Below the pieces are notes generated by a model. The model saw only the letters and a program-made list of their open reading frames with translations. It was not told the origin of the DNA and made no database searches. A stretch of 52,763 nucleotides of DNA, from positions 1 to 52,763 of the forward strand of contig MCFE01000615.1 of assembly GCA_002104905.1 (NCBI GenBank), written 5' to 3'. Both the position numbers and the translations under genes were made by a program. Positions 13,898 through 26,615 of the stretch are shown piece after piece (positions within the stretch are counted from its first letter, which is position 1; every line of letters begins with the position of its first letter). The stretch comes from Basidiobolus meristosporus CBS 931.73. Its lineage: Eukaryota; Fungi; Basidiobolomycota.

Positions 13898-16800
13898 TTA
13901 GCACAATTTGTAATCAAGCTACCACTGACGTTTCACTGGATATTAACAGATTTGTGGGCCTAAAAGGTAAAATCTTTGGATGGATCATGAAGTAAGGAGT
14001 GGGAACAATAGGCAATGGCAAATCAATGTACACAGGCATAGGATGTGATTGAGTGTCCAGGGTCAGAAAGTGAAAAAATTGGCAGAGAGCAATCTGAAGC
14101 CAATATCTGTTGTTGTGATGAAAGATTTTGACCCAGTTTTTGGGAAGTCTGGGGTATGATTAAGGTGAAACCATGCTAGACTTCTTACAGTCAGTGAGAT
14201 ATTACTCCACTCTTCATCCTTGCACTCAACAGTTTCTCAAATACTTAAGTTCTTGTGACTTTTAGGCTTGAGCATTAAGCTTGCAGTGTTCCCCTCCCAC
14301 ACTCTGATACACTTCTCTTTGTGCTTAGTCTGTGGGAACTTTTGTTTTGCTTAAAGAATATACAGTGTTTCTCTACTATTATATTGTGAAATGGCTCCAA
14401 TCTTGGCTGTGATATTGAGCTACCTAAGTTCTTTCTTTGCAGCCTATATACTGCATTCTCTAACTAGGATACTGATTGCCCCACATTTATTTTCTACTCA
14501 ACCTGTTGGTTGACTATTTCCTGATTTTGGTGGCCTATTGCATATATCTCATTAGTCACTGCAACTAATTGCCTCCCTAATGCTTTGGTAAGATGCAACA
14601 ATATAACTGGTAATACAGGAGGTGGTGATGTTATGATGCTCATTTGCTGGTCTTTCACTAGTGGTACTGCATTTATGAAGTCATCATCCACTTGCGCATA
14701 ATGGCAAGCTTGCAGCTTTGCAGAGACTCTAAACTGCCAACTGGACCAAGAGCTTGAAGAGTTCACACTTCCTTTTTTTGAATGTAGCCCTGCTTGCTGC
14801 GCTGAATGTCAGAGCAAGCTATTGTTGAGCAATTCTTCTGCTGCAGTCAGCATTGCTGTATAATTAGGAACAAGACAACTTTGCCTTATTTTTGGCAGCA
14901 CAGATATGGGAATGAGTAGGACTAAATTGGAAATAATGTTACCAATATTTGTGTATGTGGTACCACAGCTTTGTTTATAAAGTTTGCTGTGATGGGTCAC
15001 AAATGGGTATTACATTCATGTAGGTGCAATGTCTCAAATACAAACCTGTTTTGAGTTCACATAAGTATTGCCAAAAAAAGTTATATAATAATGTAATGTT
15101 GTTGAGTGTCAAGCTGTTTGCCCTATGGAAAGACTACATGGATTCAGCACCATAAGTAATGGGAATAAACTATGTGGTCACTTTAATAAGCATCTAAGCC
15201 ACAAAGAATACAGATGGCATAGGGTGGATTTAAGGATTATTGTCAGTGCTGTGCTATACAAAATTTCTTTGAGCATTCATAAGTTACACCTATTTCAGGT
15301 ATTTCTTGCCAGTTACATGGTACTACTAAAATGGTACCTAACTTGGTCTTTCACCTTGCAAAAAGTTATTCAGGTAGGTTTGCAATGCAATTTGCCTCAC
15401 CAGAGCCTTATCAACATGGCCTGTGGAGTGATAGCTCTGAAGAAGGATCAATGATGACTTATGGGCCTATCTCCCTACATAGTAGTACTATGCATAAACA
15501 TGACAAAATTCCAGTATGCAAAGATACAGCACCAGTGGAAAAAGATGCCATGAATACCTTATGGAGCCAAGTGAGCCCAGTAGTCCATTTGCTTGTGAAA
15601 GAGCAATGATGTGACTAGAGAAGTGGTGCACTTCACTAACATTGGTAATGGTGGTTTTGAGGAATACTGCCAATTCTTGCCAAAATCACACCAGGTTGCT
15701 ACAAACCATGTACCTGGTACAAATGGCAACTATCATGTAACTGGCAACATACAGCCTGTTGACCTTTGTGATACCAGCAAGCGCTAACAGTGGCATTGTA
15801 GTCACAACAGAAAATGCCAACATTGCAGTTTGTGGGGTATCTGCTAGTACTGGAGTAAAACATCATTTTCACTCCAGATGTACTCCATTATTACCCTGTC
15901 TGAGGAAGCTTATAAACTCTGACCAGTATTGATAAGCTATAAAGTACCACACCGAGTTTCAATCAATGCTTACATTTCAAATATATTTGATGAAAAAAAA
16001 TACAGGCAACTAAGAAACAAGGGCTTCTTTGAAGGTATGGATAACCATGCTGTGCCTTGACACTTGTGGAATTTTCACTGCTCAAGTGCTCTGCCAGCAA
16101 TTCCTGTTGGTAACTGGTTCTCATCAGCCCAAATCTGCTACCAATCTTATGGTATCAGAGCAGAAATATAATGGTGGTTTTACTGATATCTAGGTTAAAA
16201 TGGCCATCTAGCCTGGGTTGCTACATCCATTGTTTTCTTGATGAATGTTGCATGCTAACCAGTAAGATACTTTTAAATGGCATTCTTGTCAAAGTAAATA
16301 CTGCTATAGGCATCAGGGATACCTAGTCATCAGTAAGATAGACAGTTTTTCTGGCTTAAATAGACAGGATTGAAATTGAATGTGTGAGATGCAAGGGATT
16401 TACTCCATAACTCACACACATTGTTACAGTCTAAACATCAACAGTAAGAACATCTTGTTTCCACAGAGAGAGAATATAGAAGTCAGTATGCAATTGCGGA
16501 AAGGCTGTGAAGCCATAATCCATTGGTAGGAATATGAAATTAATCAAAAATTCTATTAGGCCAAAGGTGTAAATCTCTGCTGCTGCTTCATCCATTCTGT
16601 AATCCATCTTGCTAGGTGTGTGGAACATTTTGGAGCTTCCTTAATCTTTTTGAGGTTCCCAATGGAGCCAACATACTGGCAGATAGGAAGGCAAGTCCGG
16701 TTGCAAGTATTCCATACTCCAGCTGTATTAATAATATATTAAGGATGTGATAAGCTGGCACATGGAGGACAGCTAGGAAGGGTTAATGGATACTGACAAC

Positions 16801-16949
16801 AAATGTGCATATGGAGGCACCTATGCCTTTGGCATTAAGAAGTTAAGCAGTCCCAATGCATGGGTAGTCAATTAAGTAATGCAAGGTGCCACTGGACACA
16901 ACAAGCAGCTGATTCTCACTTAGATAACTTTACCCAAGTACACTTGGCC

Positions 16950-17318
16950 TGTTAAAATATTGGACTATTTGGTATCATTCAGCAGCTGAGCAGTTACTTA
17001 ACAATTCTATACTAGTCTTAGTCACTGTAGGACTCATTTACTGCCTTAACTTTGCCACTTTCTCCAGATATATGATCTTATGATTATTCCCCTATAGTCA
17101 GGATCAAATTAGAACCATTACCAAACATTCTGTACTAACCCTGAAACTGTTACAGAATGTTCCTGAATATTGAGAAGCCCTCTCTACTTAGTGTAACAGC
17201 TGTATTACTTCTACAAAGGTATAAATACTGAGCTTCTTTATGAATAAACAACAGTTCAACTATTATCACTATTTCTTGATAAGTTCCTTATATCCAAATC
17301 ACTTCTTAAATTGCAACA
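16950..17318 (+). repeat. Solo LTR, diverged relative of the TGTTGTAA..TTACAACA family
   Basis: TGTTAAAA...TTGCAACA, internal GGTATAAATA and AATAAA, near-perfect 5-bp TSD TGGCC/TGGTC. Confidence 0.75.
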
Positions 17319-17536
17319 TGGTCTCTCCTGGGTACCTGCTAATTTCCTCATAATTCACCATTGAATTGAATAAAACAAGAGCTAGAGAGCACCTATAGGG
17401 AGGCCTAGAATCCAACAGGGAGAACCAATGCATAACCAAATGCCTAAATTATTTTGCAGATAGTCAAGAGGTAGCTATGGCAAATGTGGTGACAACCAAG
17501 CATATGTTTCCAAGATATATATGTAACCAGTAATAC

Positions 17537-20500
17537 TGTTGAAATATTAGAGAGATATATTGGAAGTGAATTGGAGAATTAGAAGATTGACATGATATTC
17601 ACTATATGTTTTATTGAGTTGCAACACAGTATTTATACTTATTGCAGAACTACGTAAATGTGACTACTTGGTCATTATTAGGGGAGTCTCAGGAGTACAT
17701 GTGCCAAGTTTCAGCTCATTTGGACAAGTTTCAGATTTTCCTAAAATTCTGTACTTCTCTAATTCCTAATAATTAGTAAATATCATACAAACTAATTTCC
17801 ATGTTGATAATCTGAAATGTATCATTTCACTAAGTGCTAGTTCATAATATATTAATAATTAGGTGGACTTCTAAATATTTCAACACTCCCACTCACATAA
17901 TATATTCATATACTTATGAACTTGCTGTGGTGTTGTGTATCTTGCGGTTGAAATTAAACCTGCAATTAACCATCTAACCTATTGGACTAATGTATTCTCC
18001 AATATATGTTAAGGATTGCATATTATCTGTAATAACTAAGTATAAGTCCATACTGTTAGTTACATACTTCAGATCAAATTGCTTTGAGTCTGAACTCTGA
18101 TCTCATCACAAATATCTATGAATAAGTATCATCAATTTGATTGAAGTAAAATTTTTAGGTACTGATAGAATCCCAGCATAGTTTGTATCATGAGAGAGCT
18201 GCATTCTCAGGCTATCTGCTGTTTCTTATTTGAGTACAATTGGTCAATAATTGGCAAAGTTAGGAAGTGGTCTTCTCTCCAGTAGATCTGGATCATCCAC
18301 AGTTCCGGTCTACAGCCTAATTCACTTAGACTATCCTCCATATATCCATAACTGGATCTGGATAGTAACTTTCCTCATATACTCCATATATGATCTGCTG
18401 AGACCAACAATTGATTGCATTGTAGTTGCCTTATTCTTCACCGGTTGACCAAGTATTTCCTTTTCCGGACTAGTGCCTTCAATTGTATCTAGCCTAGCTT
18501 TTCTTCATTCCTGATCTGGGATATTGTACTCCCACTGAAGCTATGTCTCCTGGTGCTTCCTGCCTTCTAAAACTGACTGAGATAGATCATATATATCCTT
18601 CTGATCTAGGCATAACTTTCTTGGACTGATATCACTGTTACAGTATTCAGATCTTCCCTTTGCATCTTGATAGACTTGATTTGGTATCACAGCATACCAC
18701 AGCTTGATTGGCAGCTATTCATAGAGGCCTAATCCTAAACAGGATAGATATGGTCTCATATGTACTATTGCGCTTGAACAGTACAACCTGATCTGGCACC
18801 TTCCAATTGCGTAAATCTACCATAATGGCTCTGATAAGCCACTGTTTCTTTTGATAGAACTTTCCAGCATAGAGCTTGGTTGACAGTGCAAATAGACAAG
18901 TCCATGATCTTCTGGACCCATTTTAACCCTTGGGTTGGCCCTTGGTACCACTTCTCTAGCCTCCACTGCAAGTAAGCTGACTTCATTGTTCACCAGAATT
19001 GTGATGTTGCCTCTGAGTACGTAGGTACTCTTGGACTGCTCTGCTGCTTTCCTTTGCAACAATACTCCACTATCCTTGTGTGGTAGGATAACTGGATCAT
19101 ATCTAGAGTACTAGATAGTCCAAATCTGGCCTAGGTATCACCTAACTCCATTTAGAAACTGGCAACTTATTGGCGGTAGGTTTTTGTTCCATATCTGGTC
19201 TTAAAGATGCTGGTTGCTGGAATTTCCTTATTGATCTAGATCTGGACCATACAGGTAGCATATCCACGGTTTGTTAGATCTCCCAGAGTGTTCAGGAACC
19301 TCCTGTCCTCAAAACATATCTATTCTGAGATGTTTCAACCAAATCGGTCATCCATTTGGATCTGGCATAACTTTTCACAGGCTTGATCAAATCTGATCAA
19401 ATAAACTTCCTTAAAAAGCCATTTCTCTCAGCATCTTGTTGGCAGATATCATCATTGCAGTTTGGTCCGTAGCTGGGAGCTATAAGTAACTTGATCTGAT
19501 CAAAATAGCATGATTAACATCTGATCCATATTAATATAAATGATCCTTCATCGCTGTATGTATGTGATATATGTACTAGTGTAGGGCAACTAGTACACTC
19601 CTTGATAGTACTTCATGCATATTCTATAGTGTATATAGAGACTATATGCATATACTTTGGTCAAGGTCTCTGGTAGCACTTTTCTTGATAGCAGTAGAAA
19701 TTCCATGCTTCAACATATATGGATGTATCTCCTCCCACTGTATCTGATACTTGATGAAGACATGTAGCTTGTCTAATAAGTGTCTCACAGAGCCTCAGGA
19801 TCATTGGTACTGGAAATAGTACCACTAATATATATCATGCGTACCACTCCTAAGTTGGCATATCTGAGATCACTGATCTTCGGCCAAATATATAGGTATT
19901 ATATATCATTTTGATCCTCAGAATTTAAGCAAGCTGATCCATATATCTGTTGGCAAATTCAGCTCCAAACCAGGGCAGCAGGCGGCATCAAAGTGTTTGT
20001 GCAACATTTCATTTCAAGTGACTACAGACTTATGTAAATTCACTGCAGCAATGTGGGCACTTCATCAACTGAAATAGTCTAATCCAAACCCAGGTATATG
20101 TGGATCTTCAATATAGATCCATCATGTGGTGATAATAAGGATCATAGCATTAATACATATATCATGTAAGATGCCCCTTATTGATCTTGACTCCATGCTG
20201 GGATTACGCATTTTCTCAAAGCTTCATCCTTCTGCATACTCCATAACTTTTGAAATTTGTCAAACATGATCTCCTTGACATACAACCTTTTTCTTTGCTT
20301 AGTGTCTTCTTTAAGGGCAAAGGCCTCTCTCTCCAAAACAATATATCCCATCTAGCAGTTCTTTGCAGCAGCAGTACTTTTCTGTCTTTTGTAACTTCAG
20401 GTAGACCAGGCGGTCTTTCTCCAGAGTAAAGACACAGCTCTAGAGCAAAGTAGACAACCAAGATAAAGCAAGCTTGGGGCTCATAACCTGTTGAAATATT

Positions 20501-20837
20501 AGAGAGATATATTGGAAGTGAATTGGAGAATTAGAAGATTGACATGATATTCACTATATGTTGTATTGAGTTGCAACACAGTATTTATACTTATTGCAGA
20601 ACTACGTAAATGTGACTACTTGGTCATTATTAGGGGAGTCTCAGGAGTACATGTGCCAAGTTTCAGCTCATTTGGACAAGTTTCAGATTTTCCTAAAATT
20701 CTGTACTTCTCTAATTCCTAATAATTAGTAAATATCTTACAAACTAATTCCCATGTTGATAATCTGAAATGTATCATTTCACTAAGTGCTAGTTCATAAT
20801 ATATTAATAATTAGGTGGACTCCTAATTATTTCAACA
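17537..20837 (-). mobile_element. Young non-autonomous Ty1/copia-type LTR element (LARD-like), 3,301 bp
   Basis: 349-bp LTRs at 17537-17885 and 20489-20837 (5 mismatches) with TGTTGAAAT/ATTTCAACA termini. Perfect TSD AATAC, PBS GGTTATGAGCCC, PPT GAGTGGGAG. No recognisable gag/pol in the interior. Confidence 0.93.
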
Positions 20838-21499
20838 AATACAAGGTATTTGGCAACTTTACAAGTATCAAACTGAAAAGCATAAAGTCAAGGAGCTATA
20901 AGTGTATCAAGTGCAGTAGGTGTATGTGCATGCAGTTCATAGTTCAAGGCTGTAGTTTGTTTTTGATTAAATCCATATGTGGAACACCCACAGTTGTAAT
21001 AGGTAGGCAAGTAAAATGGGGAGAGTCTGCAATGGAATATATAAATAGCACTAGGGGAGATAATAACAGGAAATATCAATTGATAAATTGGTAGAGTAGC
21101 ATTATACCTTACTAGCAGTAGGCCACTCTACTACTAATATAATGCCAGTAGATGTCCCCATCAATGCTGTCAGATCATTGTCAGGCATTTTCCATACATG
21201 GCATTTACATTTGTTGGCCAGTTGGGCTTGCACAACTTAATGAAAGCTGCAATAAGACCATCAGAATGACATCTAGATCTCACAAAAGGACTGTGTAAAC
21301 ACCATCAAGTTTACTTACCTATTTAGCAGTAGAATTGGCAAAGCACCATCTCAGTCCTGTCATAAGATAGTGAAAAGGGTCAACAACCCCAAGCCGCCAG
21401 CATTATAAAAGCCTCATTGGATTGTAGCAGCTGAACTGTGCTCTATCCATATGAAACGCATAACAAAACTCTTGAAAGGCTTGACTACCTCAAAGGGAA

Positions 21500-22057
21500 A
21501 ATTAAGTGCAGAATCTTAGAATTATCACTGAGTGGCAGAGATTAGGATCATCCAGAGTTCAGTGGAGGGGAGAAATATATGGCAGAATTAGCTTATATAT
21601 GAGGGGATTGTCAGAGATTAGGATGTATTACAGCCCATAGCAAGCCAAGGATTGATGCATTTAGCAGGAAGCAGAAGCTCTACAATAAGATATTTAATCA
21701 TTCCAGAGTGAGAGTGGAGCATACACTTGGATACTAGAGATATTCAGCATACTGGCAGGTTAATACAGAGGAAAGTCATATATAGGAGTAAACAGCAGAA
21801 TCGGTAAAATAGTTAAGATACTTATCACTGCACAGTATATTCATATAACATGACATCCACTGAGAGTAATGTGTCTGGAGAATTATGAATACTAAATGAA
21901 GTAAGAAAAGCACTTTTCTGAGCAACATAATTCAGATTGAGTAAAAATACCAGTGGCTGCATCCTACCACTGCCATTTTGGTAGAAACTGGAGTGCCAGA
22001 TCAATCTGGCACTACAAATAGGCTGTACTATGTGGCATTATCCAACAGTACAAGTCT
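21500..22057 (+). mobile_element. PIF/Harbinger transposase fragment with probable right end
   Basis: Translation from 21558 gives KYMAELAY...YNKIFNHSRVRVEHTLG, resembling the DDE_Tnp_4 D-x-A-Y and FN..HS..R..VE..FG pattern. Ends in CAAGTCT at 22051-22057, like the MITE at 23312-23522. Confidence 0.6.
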
Positions 22058-22099
22058 TTTACCTAAAGAGTCAGGTGCCTTCACAGCATTGACATGGTA

Positions 22100-22620
22100 A
22101 GCTCAGGAGAATGTGTGGGTTTTGGTCTTCCAGTTGATAGCTGGATATGGTATCTCTGCCAGAAGTTTCCAAGGGCTGTGGAGTAGTGGGGAGAGTTGAC
22201 AATGCTGAAGGCTAGTGTCTTATGGTGACTGGAAATGATCAGCTAGTGTATATGTATCTTATGAGTTACAGCACTACAGGAGAGGGGACTTCCATCAATA
22301 ACTTCTACTTGTACAGGGCATGATTCCATGATAGCTGAGATTTTGTGCTTCTGGAAAAAGGACTGGTCAATGAAACAGGAGGGAGTACCAGAGCTTATGA
22401 GGGCAAAGACATGAACAGGGCTTAATTGAGGGATATACATGCTTACAGGCATTCCTAAGGACTGGATGGATATGATTGCATATGATGTCTCTGGTGTGTG
22501 TTGAATTTTCATTGGATGGTCTAGTTGCAAGCCTGTTATTGTGACTGGACTTTGTAGTGTCACAACAACTCAGGAAAAGACTCTTCACTGGATGATGGCA
22601 GGAGCTTGAAGCTGGACTTC
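22100..22620 (-). pseudogene. Aspartyl protease fragment of a second gypsy family
   Basis: VFALISSGTPSCFIDQSF...PVQVEVIDGSPL, a degenerate ALIDSGA motif. Not collinear with copies A-C. Confidence 0.7.
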
Positions 22621-22666
22621 TTATTAGGGCAAAACTTGGCAAAGTTGCCTGGCTATACATTGTAAA

Positions 22667-23230
22667 GTTTTACACTATGCTGTTGAATGCTGAAGTTGGA
22701 TCATTTTTTATTCAAATCATTTAGTCTTAGATTTAGTCTATTACTATATCAATATTTCTATCTTATAAGCAGTACTAGTAAGCACAAGCATCAGCAGAGC
22801 CTTATCACGCCAAAAAAAGAATGTTAAAAAGACTTCTTTGGGTGATGATGATTCAATCAAATGAATTAACAGCCTCAACCTGCATCAGGGAATACAACTA
22901 CTCCGCAATTGATCTAGCAAAGTGTATATGAGGTGCCACTTGAACCTCTAAAAAAAATCAGTTCAAGTTTTAGTGAATACATGACTAGATAAGTCCCAAT
23001 TCCACTACAACTCCAATAACAATACTTGTAACATTGGAAACAGTAAAAATTAGAAACCTCCATCCTGAAGAAAAAATAAGCCCTCCTCAGGATGCTGGAA
23101 AATGAAGAATTGAGAAATGCCATAAAGTAAATCCTGGCCCAACAGCAGCAGTTACTCCAGATTCTCAGCCAGCAGCAATATGAAATGTTTGCCATGGCTC
23201 AGAGCCTGCATGAATCTTCTGCCAGTCATG
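22667..23230 (+). mobile_element. Truncated plus-strand copy of the A/B/C Ty3 family (5' LTR and gag N-terminus)
   Basis: ~22667-23033 matches the reverse complement of the copy B LTR. It is followed by TTGG and a Gln-rich gag start (ILAQQQQLLQILSQQQ). Confidence 0.82.
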
Positions 23231-23311
23231 TAATATTAGCACTGAACTCTAACAGAAGGCTTACTGCTCTGTGGGCTTAACTTACTGTTTCCATTGCTGG
23301 ATGAATATATT

Positions 23312-23522
23312 AGACTTGTTCCATTGTGCCATTGATCATAGTGCCAGAGAGTGCTGTATATTTTGTTATTAATTTGAGATTTTAAGGTCATATTCATGTC
23401 AATTTTGATCCCAAATTGGCACTGTATGGCATCATCTGGCACTCTGTGGCATGATCAGGTACCATCTGGCATGCTATGGCACTATTACGCACTATGATCA
23501 GCTGGAATGATGGAACAAGTTT
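23312..23522. mobile_element. MITE-like element (211 bp) with internal 10-bp TGGCA array
   Basis: TIRs AGACTTGTTCCA / TGGAACAAGTTT (11 of 12 match), subterminal inverted TGATCATAGTGC, ATT on both flanks. Confidence 0.6.
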
Positions 23523-23689
23523 ATTATGCTTTCAGCTGGATACCTTGAGTGGCCATCATATTAAAGCTCATATTTTTAGCAGTATTGTTAAATACCCTTG
23601 CCATCAGCAATATAATCAGCTTTTATAGGCACAATGGACAGTATTGATGCTGAAAGTCTGAGATCTAAGGAATTTATCCATAATTCATG

Positions 23690-25260
23690 CATATTGTTGC
23701 TATCTAAACACCAATACTAAAACCATTGTCTTTCCATAGTGAGAATATGTAGAAGTAAGTATAAATTGCAGTAAAGTCTACATGCTACCAGCCATGGCTC
23801 CAAGTATGGGACCAACTGAAAACCACAGATACCTCAGATAGAGGGAATGTATTATAGCAAAAGTTTTCAGTCAAGTAGTGAGCTTATTCTTCATCAACAA
23901 CTCTATACTACTGACCAAGTTGCAAATGGAGCATTGCAAACTTAATGAGCCCTTCAAGACACCGTGAAAATCTGAAAGAATTGGCAACTGGCTACAGAGA
24001 ATCTGCTATTCAAAGTATTCCTTACTGTTGTAAAAATTTGTAATTCACCTAAATATTCACCTAACTTAGTTACTTAGATCATTACCTTCAAATCCTAGAG
24101 AATACGGCCCAAATTCCTAGGTTAGGGCTTACTTAGAATATATTCATCATCATGCCAGGTACCCAGAACATGAATATTCTCAAAGTTGTCCAAACAGCCC
24201 CATACTTTGTACACATGTACTTGGGACCTTCCTTAACCTATTCTACTTGCTTGATAAGCCAAGACCATGTAAAGGTATAAGTACTACTGTTACATTCAAT
24301 AAATCATGAAGTGAAAACCACATAATTTACATGTCCTCCCAAATCACTTCCAATATCTCCAAGACTCTTACAATACCCATCAACTCCAATCTACAATCTT
24401 GTTATATTAAATAATAAAATGCAAGAATCAATAAACCAGATACATATTTGTGCAAGTGGCCTTCTGAAGCAATCTCCACCAAAAGTACATTAGAAGCATC
24501 AGGAGTCATATGTTGACATTTCAGGAATATATATATAGAAGTGGACCAATGTCAACATGACATATGTATAGCTTTTGAGCACAAGTATATAGAGGGATGA
24601 GAGCAGATGCACTACAGGCATAAGGCTTAACATGTATATCTCTGTCACTGCTGCATGCATACTCTACTCCATCTTGCTTGGTGTGCAAAGAATATTAGGC
24701 CTTGCTTCCCCTTTTGGGAGTTTTCTATGGAGTAGATGTGTGGGGATCTAGGAAGACAAGTCAGGTTGCAGGTACTATCATATCTCAGTCTCATTAAGAA
24801 TATTACCTTTAATACAAAAATCACACAGGCAAGACCCAGAGCGCACCCACAAGGGGTATTAGAATCAATCAAGGACAAGGAATATGTTGGCGAAGTACCA
24901 AGAGGTTCTTGTTGACATTCAGGAAGTATTTATGGTAAAGTGGTAGCAACCAACCATATGCTTGCAAGATGCATATGTTACCAGCAATACAAGATATATG
25001 GCAACTATGCAAGTATCTCACTGAATATCTGTAAAGTTGAGGTATTTTAAGAGCGTCAATTGCAGCAGGTGTATGTGTATTTCAAGGCTAGAATGCCAAA
25101 AGCCAAATTTTTTTGATTTGAGTCATAAGTGGCATATGCATGGTAGTGGTGGGTAAGCAAATTAAGACTGGTGACTTTTTAGTGAAATATAGGTATGGTG
25201 CCAGGGGGCATCAAGAGGGAATGCCATTTAGTCTATTTGTTCAGTGGCAATGCTCAGAAC
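23690..25260 (+). mobile_element. CACTA copy C fragment
   Basis: Collinear with 12400-13450 of copy A, interrupted by the solo LTR at 24026-24375. Confidence 0.78.
24026..24375 (+). repeat. Solo LTR, TGTTGTAA..TTACAACA family
   Basis: Homologous to 36282-36631. The final CA reads TA and no clear TSD is present. Confidence 0.8.
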
Positions 25261-25289
25261 TAAATCCAAGCCACCATCAAGCCATTATA

Positions 25290-26612
25290 ATGCCTGCTGA
25301 GGTTTTTGGCTCTGTGGGTGCTCCTGAGATCCTTAGTTCACATCCATACACTGAATAAAATGGCTATAGTTAAATAATGCTTACACTCTGACTCTGCAGG
25401 CATATAATGCTGGGTTATACACTCATCTCATCTACTAATAGCTTTTTGTGCATACTTGGTTGGCATTTTCCTGGCAATTTATTAGCCTTTTAGTTCTCTA
25501 TTGGCTCTGGAGTAGTATGCTAGACTTTTCAACTTGTAGCTGCTTGTTGACTGGCTACTTGTACACTTTGGTAATGGGCCATTTGGTAGCATGGTCCATT
25601 GCTACTAGGATCCAGTGGTTGCATATCCTACAGGCTATCAGTCTTCCAATACAGTCAATTCCCCATCACTCATACGGTATTATATACTTTGAGGGAGAGA
25701 GTTCAGCAATTCAATGTGCTTGGCCTTGTTTGATCTGGCAACTTGGGCCAGTTTGCACTGGCTTCTCAATTTCTTGTTTCATTCTGGACCACAGTGCTCT
25801 GGCTTTCACTAGGCTATAGGTTCCTTCAATTCTAAGATGTCCAAGCTCATGGTGTACCATCCAAGAGTATCCTCTTGATATCATCATCTACCTGACTAGC
25901 AATGGCTTTGTCCTCCAAGTACCTTGATAATAAGCTGGATCAATGTAAATCATACACCAAGCTGAGTGGTGCAACTTGTCCTAGTCTTGATAAGGCATCA
26001 GCCACTGTAATGTTTTTCTCAGGGCCAAAGATAATCTTTAAGTCAAATTGCTACATTTATTCACTTTGGGTTGTCATTCTTTTGTGCAATCCCTTCTGAG
26101 TTAAAAGCACTTGAGCAATGCATTATTAGTTTTCTTGTTATGCTTGATTCCCTGAATGCAGTATCCAATGTCTTTAAGCATTATATTATGGCAAGCATCA
26201 CCTCTTCATGCACTGGGTAGTCTTGTTCCACTACATTTAGTTTTTTAAACTTAAAGCTATGTGTGCTTCTTTTTTTGATGGTGTGGACTCAGTACTCCAC
26301 CAGTTACATAATCTGATTCACTTGCATTGAGAGCAAGCTCCTTCCTGAGGTCAGATAATCTTGAGCTTGGCCAATTGGCAAGTATAGTCTTAAGTGTGCA
26401 CAAGACACTCTCAAAAGCTCTGTCCTACTTCAAGGTGTTGTCTTTGTTAAGGATATCAGTCAAAGGGGCTGCAATACTGGCAAAATGGCTGGAAAGTCTG
26501 CAAGAATAGGATACTATTCCAAGAAAAGATATGCACTATGATATGCTATGGAGCGTCCTTAGATTCTTGAGAGCTATTACTTTCCTAGGTTCTAAGATCA
26601 CTTGTGTGCTTA
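25290..26612 (-). pseudogene. Highly decayed RT/RNase H/integrase fragment of the A/B/C Ty3 family
   Basis: Nucleotide collinearity with ~5390-6955 of copy B, with several deletions. Confidence 0.82.
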
Positions 26613-26615
26613 GAT

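Larger units (their letters stand above)
9975..14160 (-). mobile_element. Non-autonomous CACTA-end element (host 1), split by CACTA copy A
   Basis: 9975-10572 plus 13898-14160 are collinear with 28490-28838 plus 33063-33620. 14050-14160 is the reverse complement of the CACTA left subterminal region (10690-10800). The left limit is uncertain. Confidence 0.7.
14945..21470 (+). mobile_element. CACTA copy B, decayed, carrying two LTR insertions
   Basis: Collinear with 10813-13890 of copy A, with deletions. Interrupted at 16950-17318 and 17537-20837, and homology resumes across both insertions. Confidence 0.8.

Noticed and set aside
17886-18130. Copia RNase H end (HRYL..DQ...LKYV) in the cargo
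   Set aside because: The resemblance is weak, contains stops and lacks the following AD.LTK motif.
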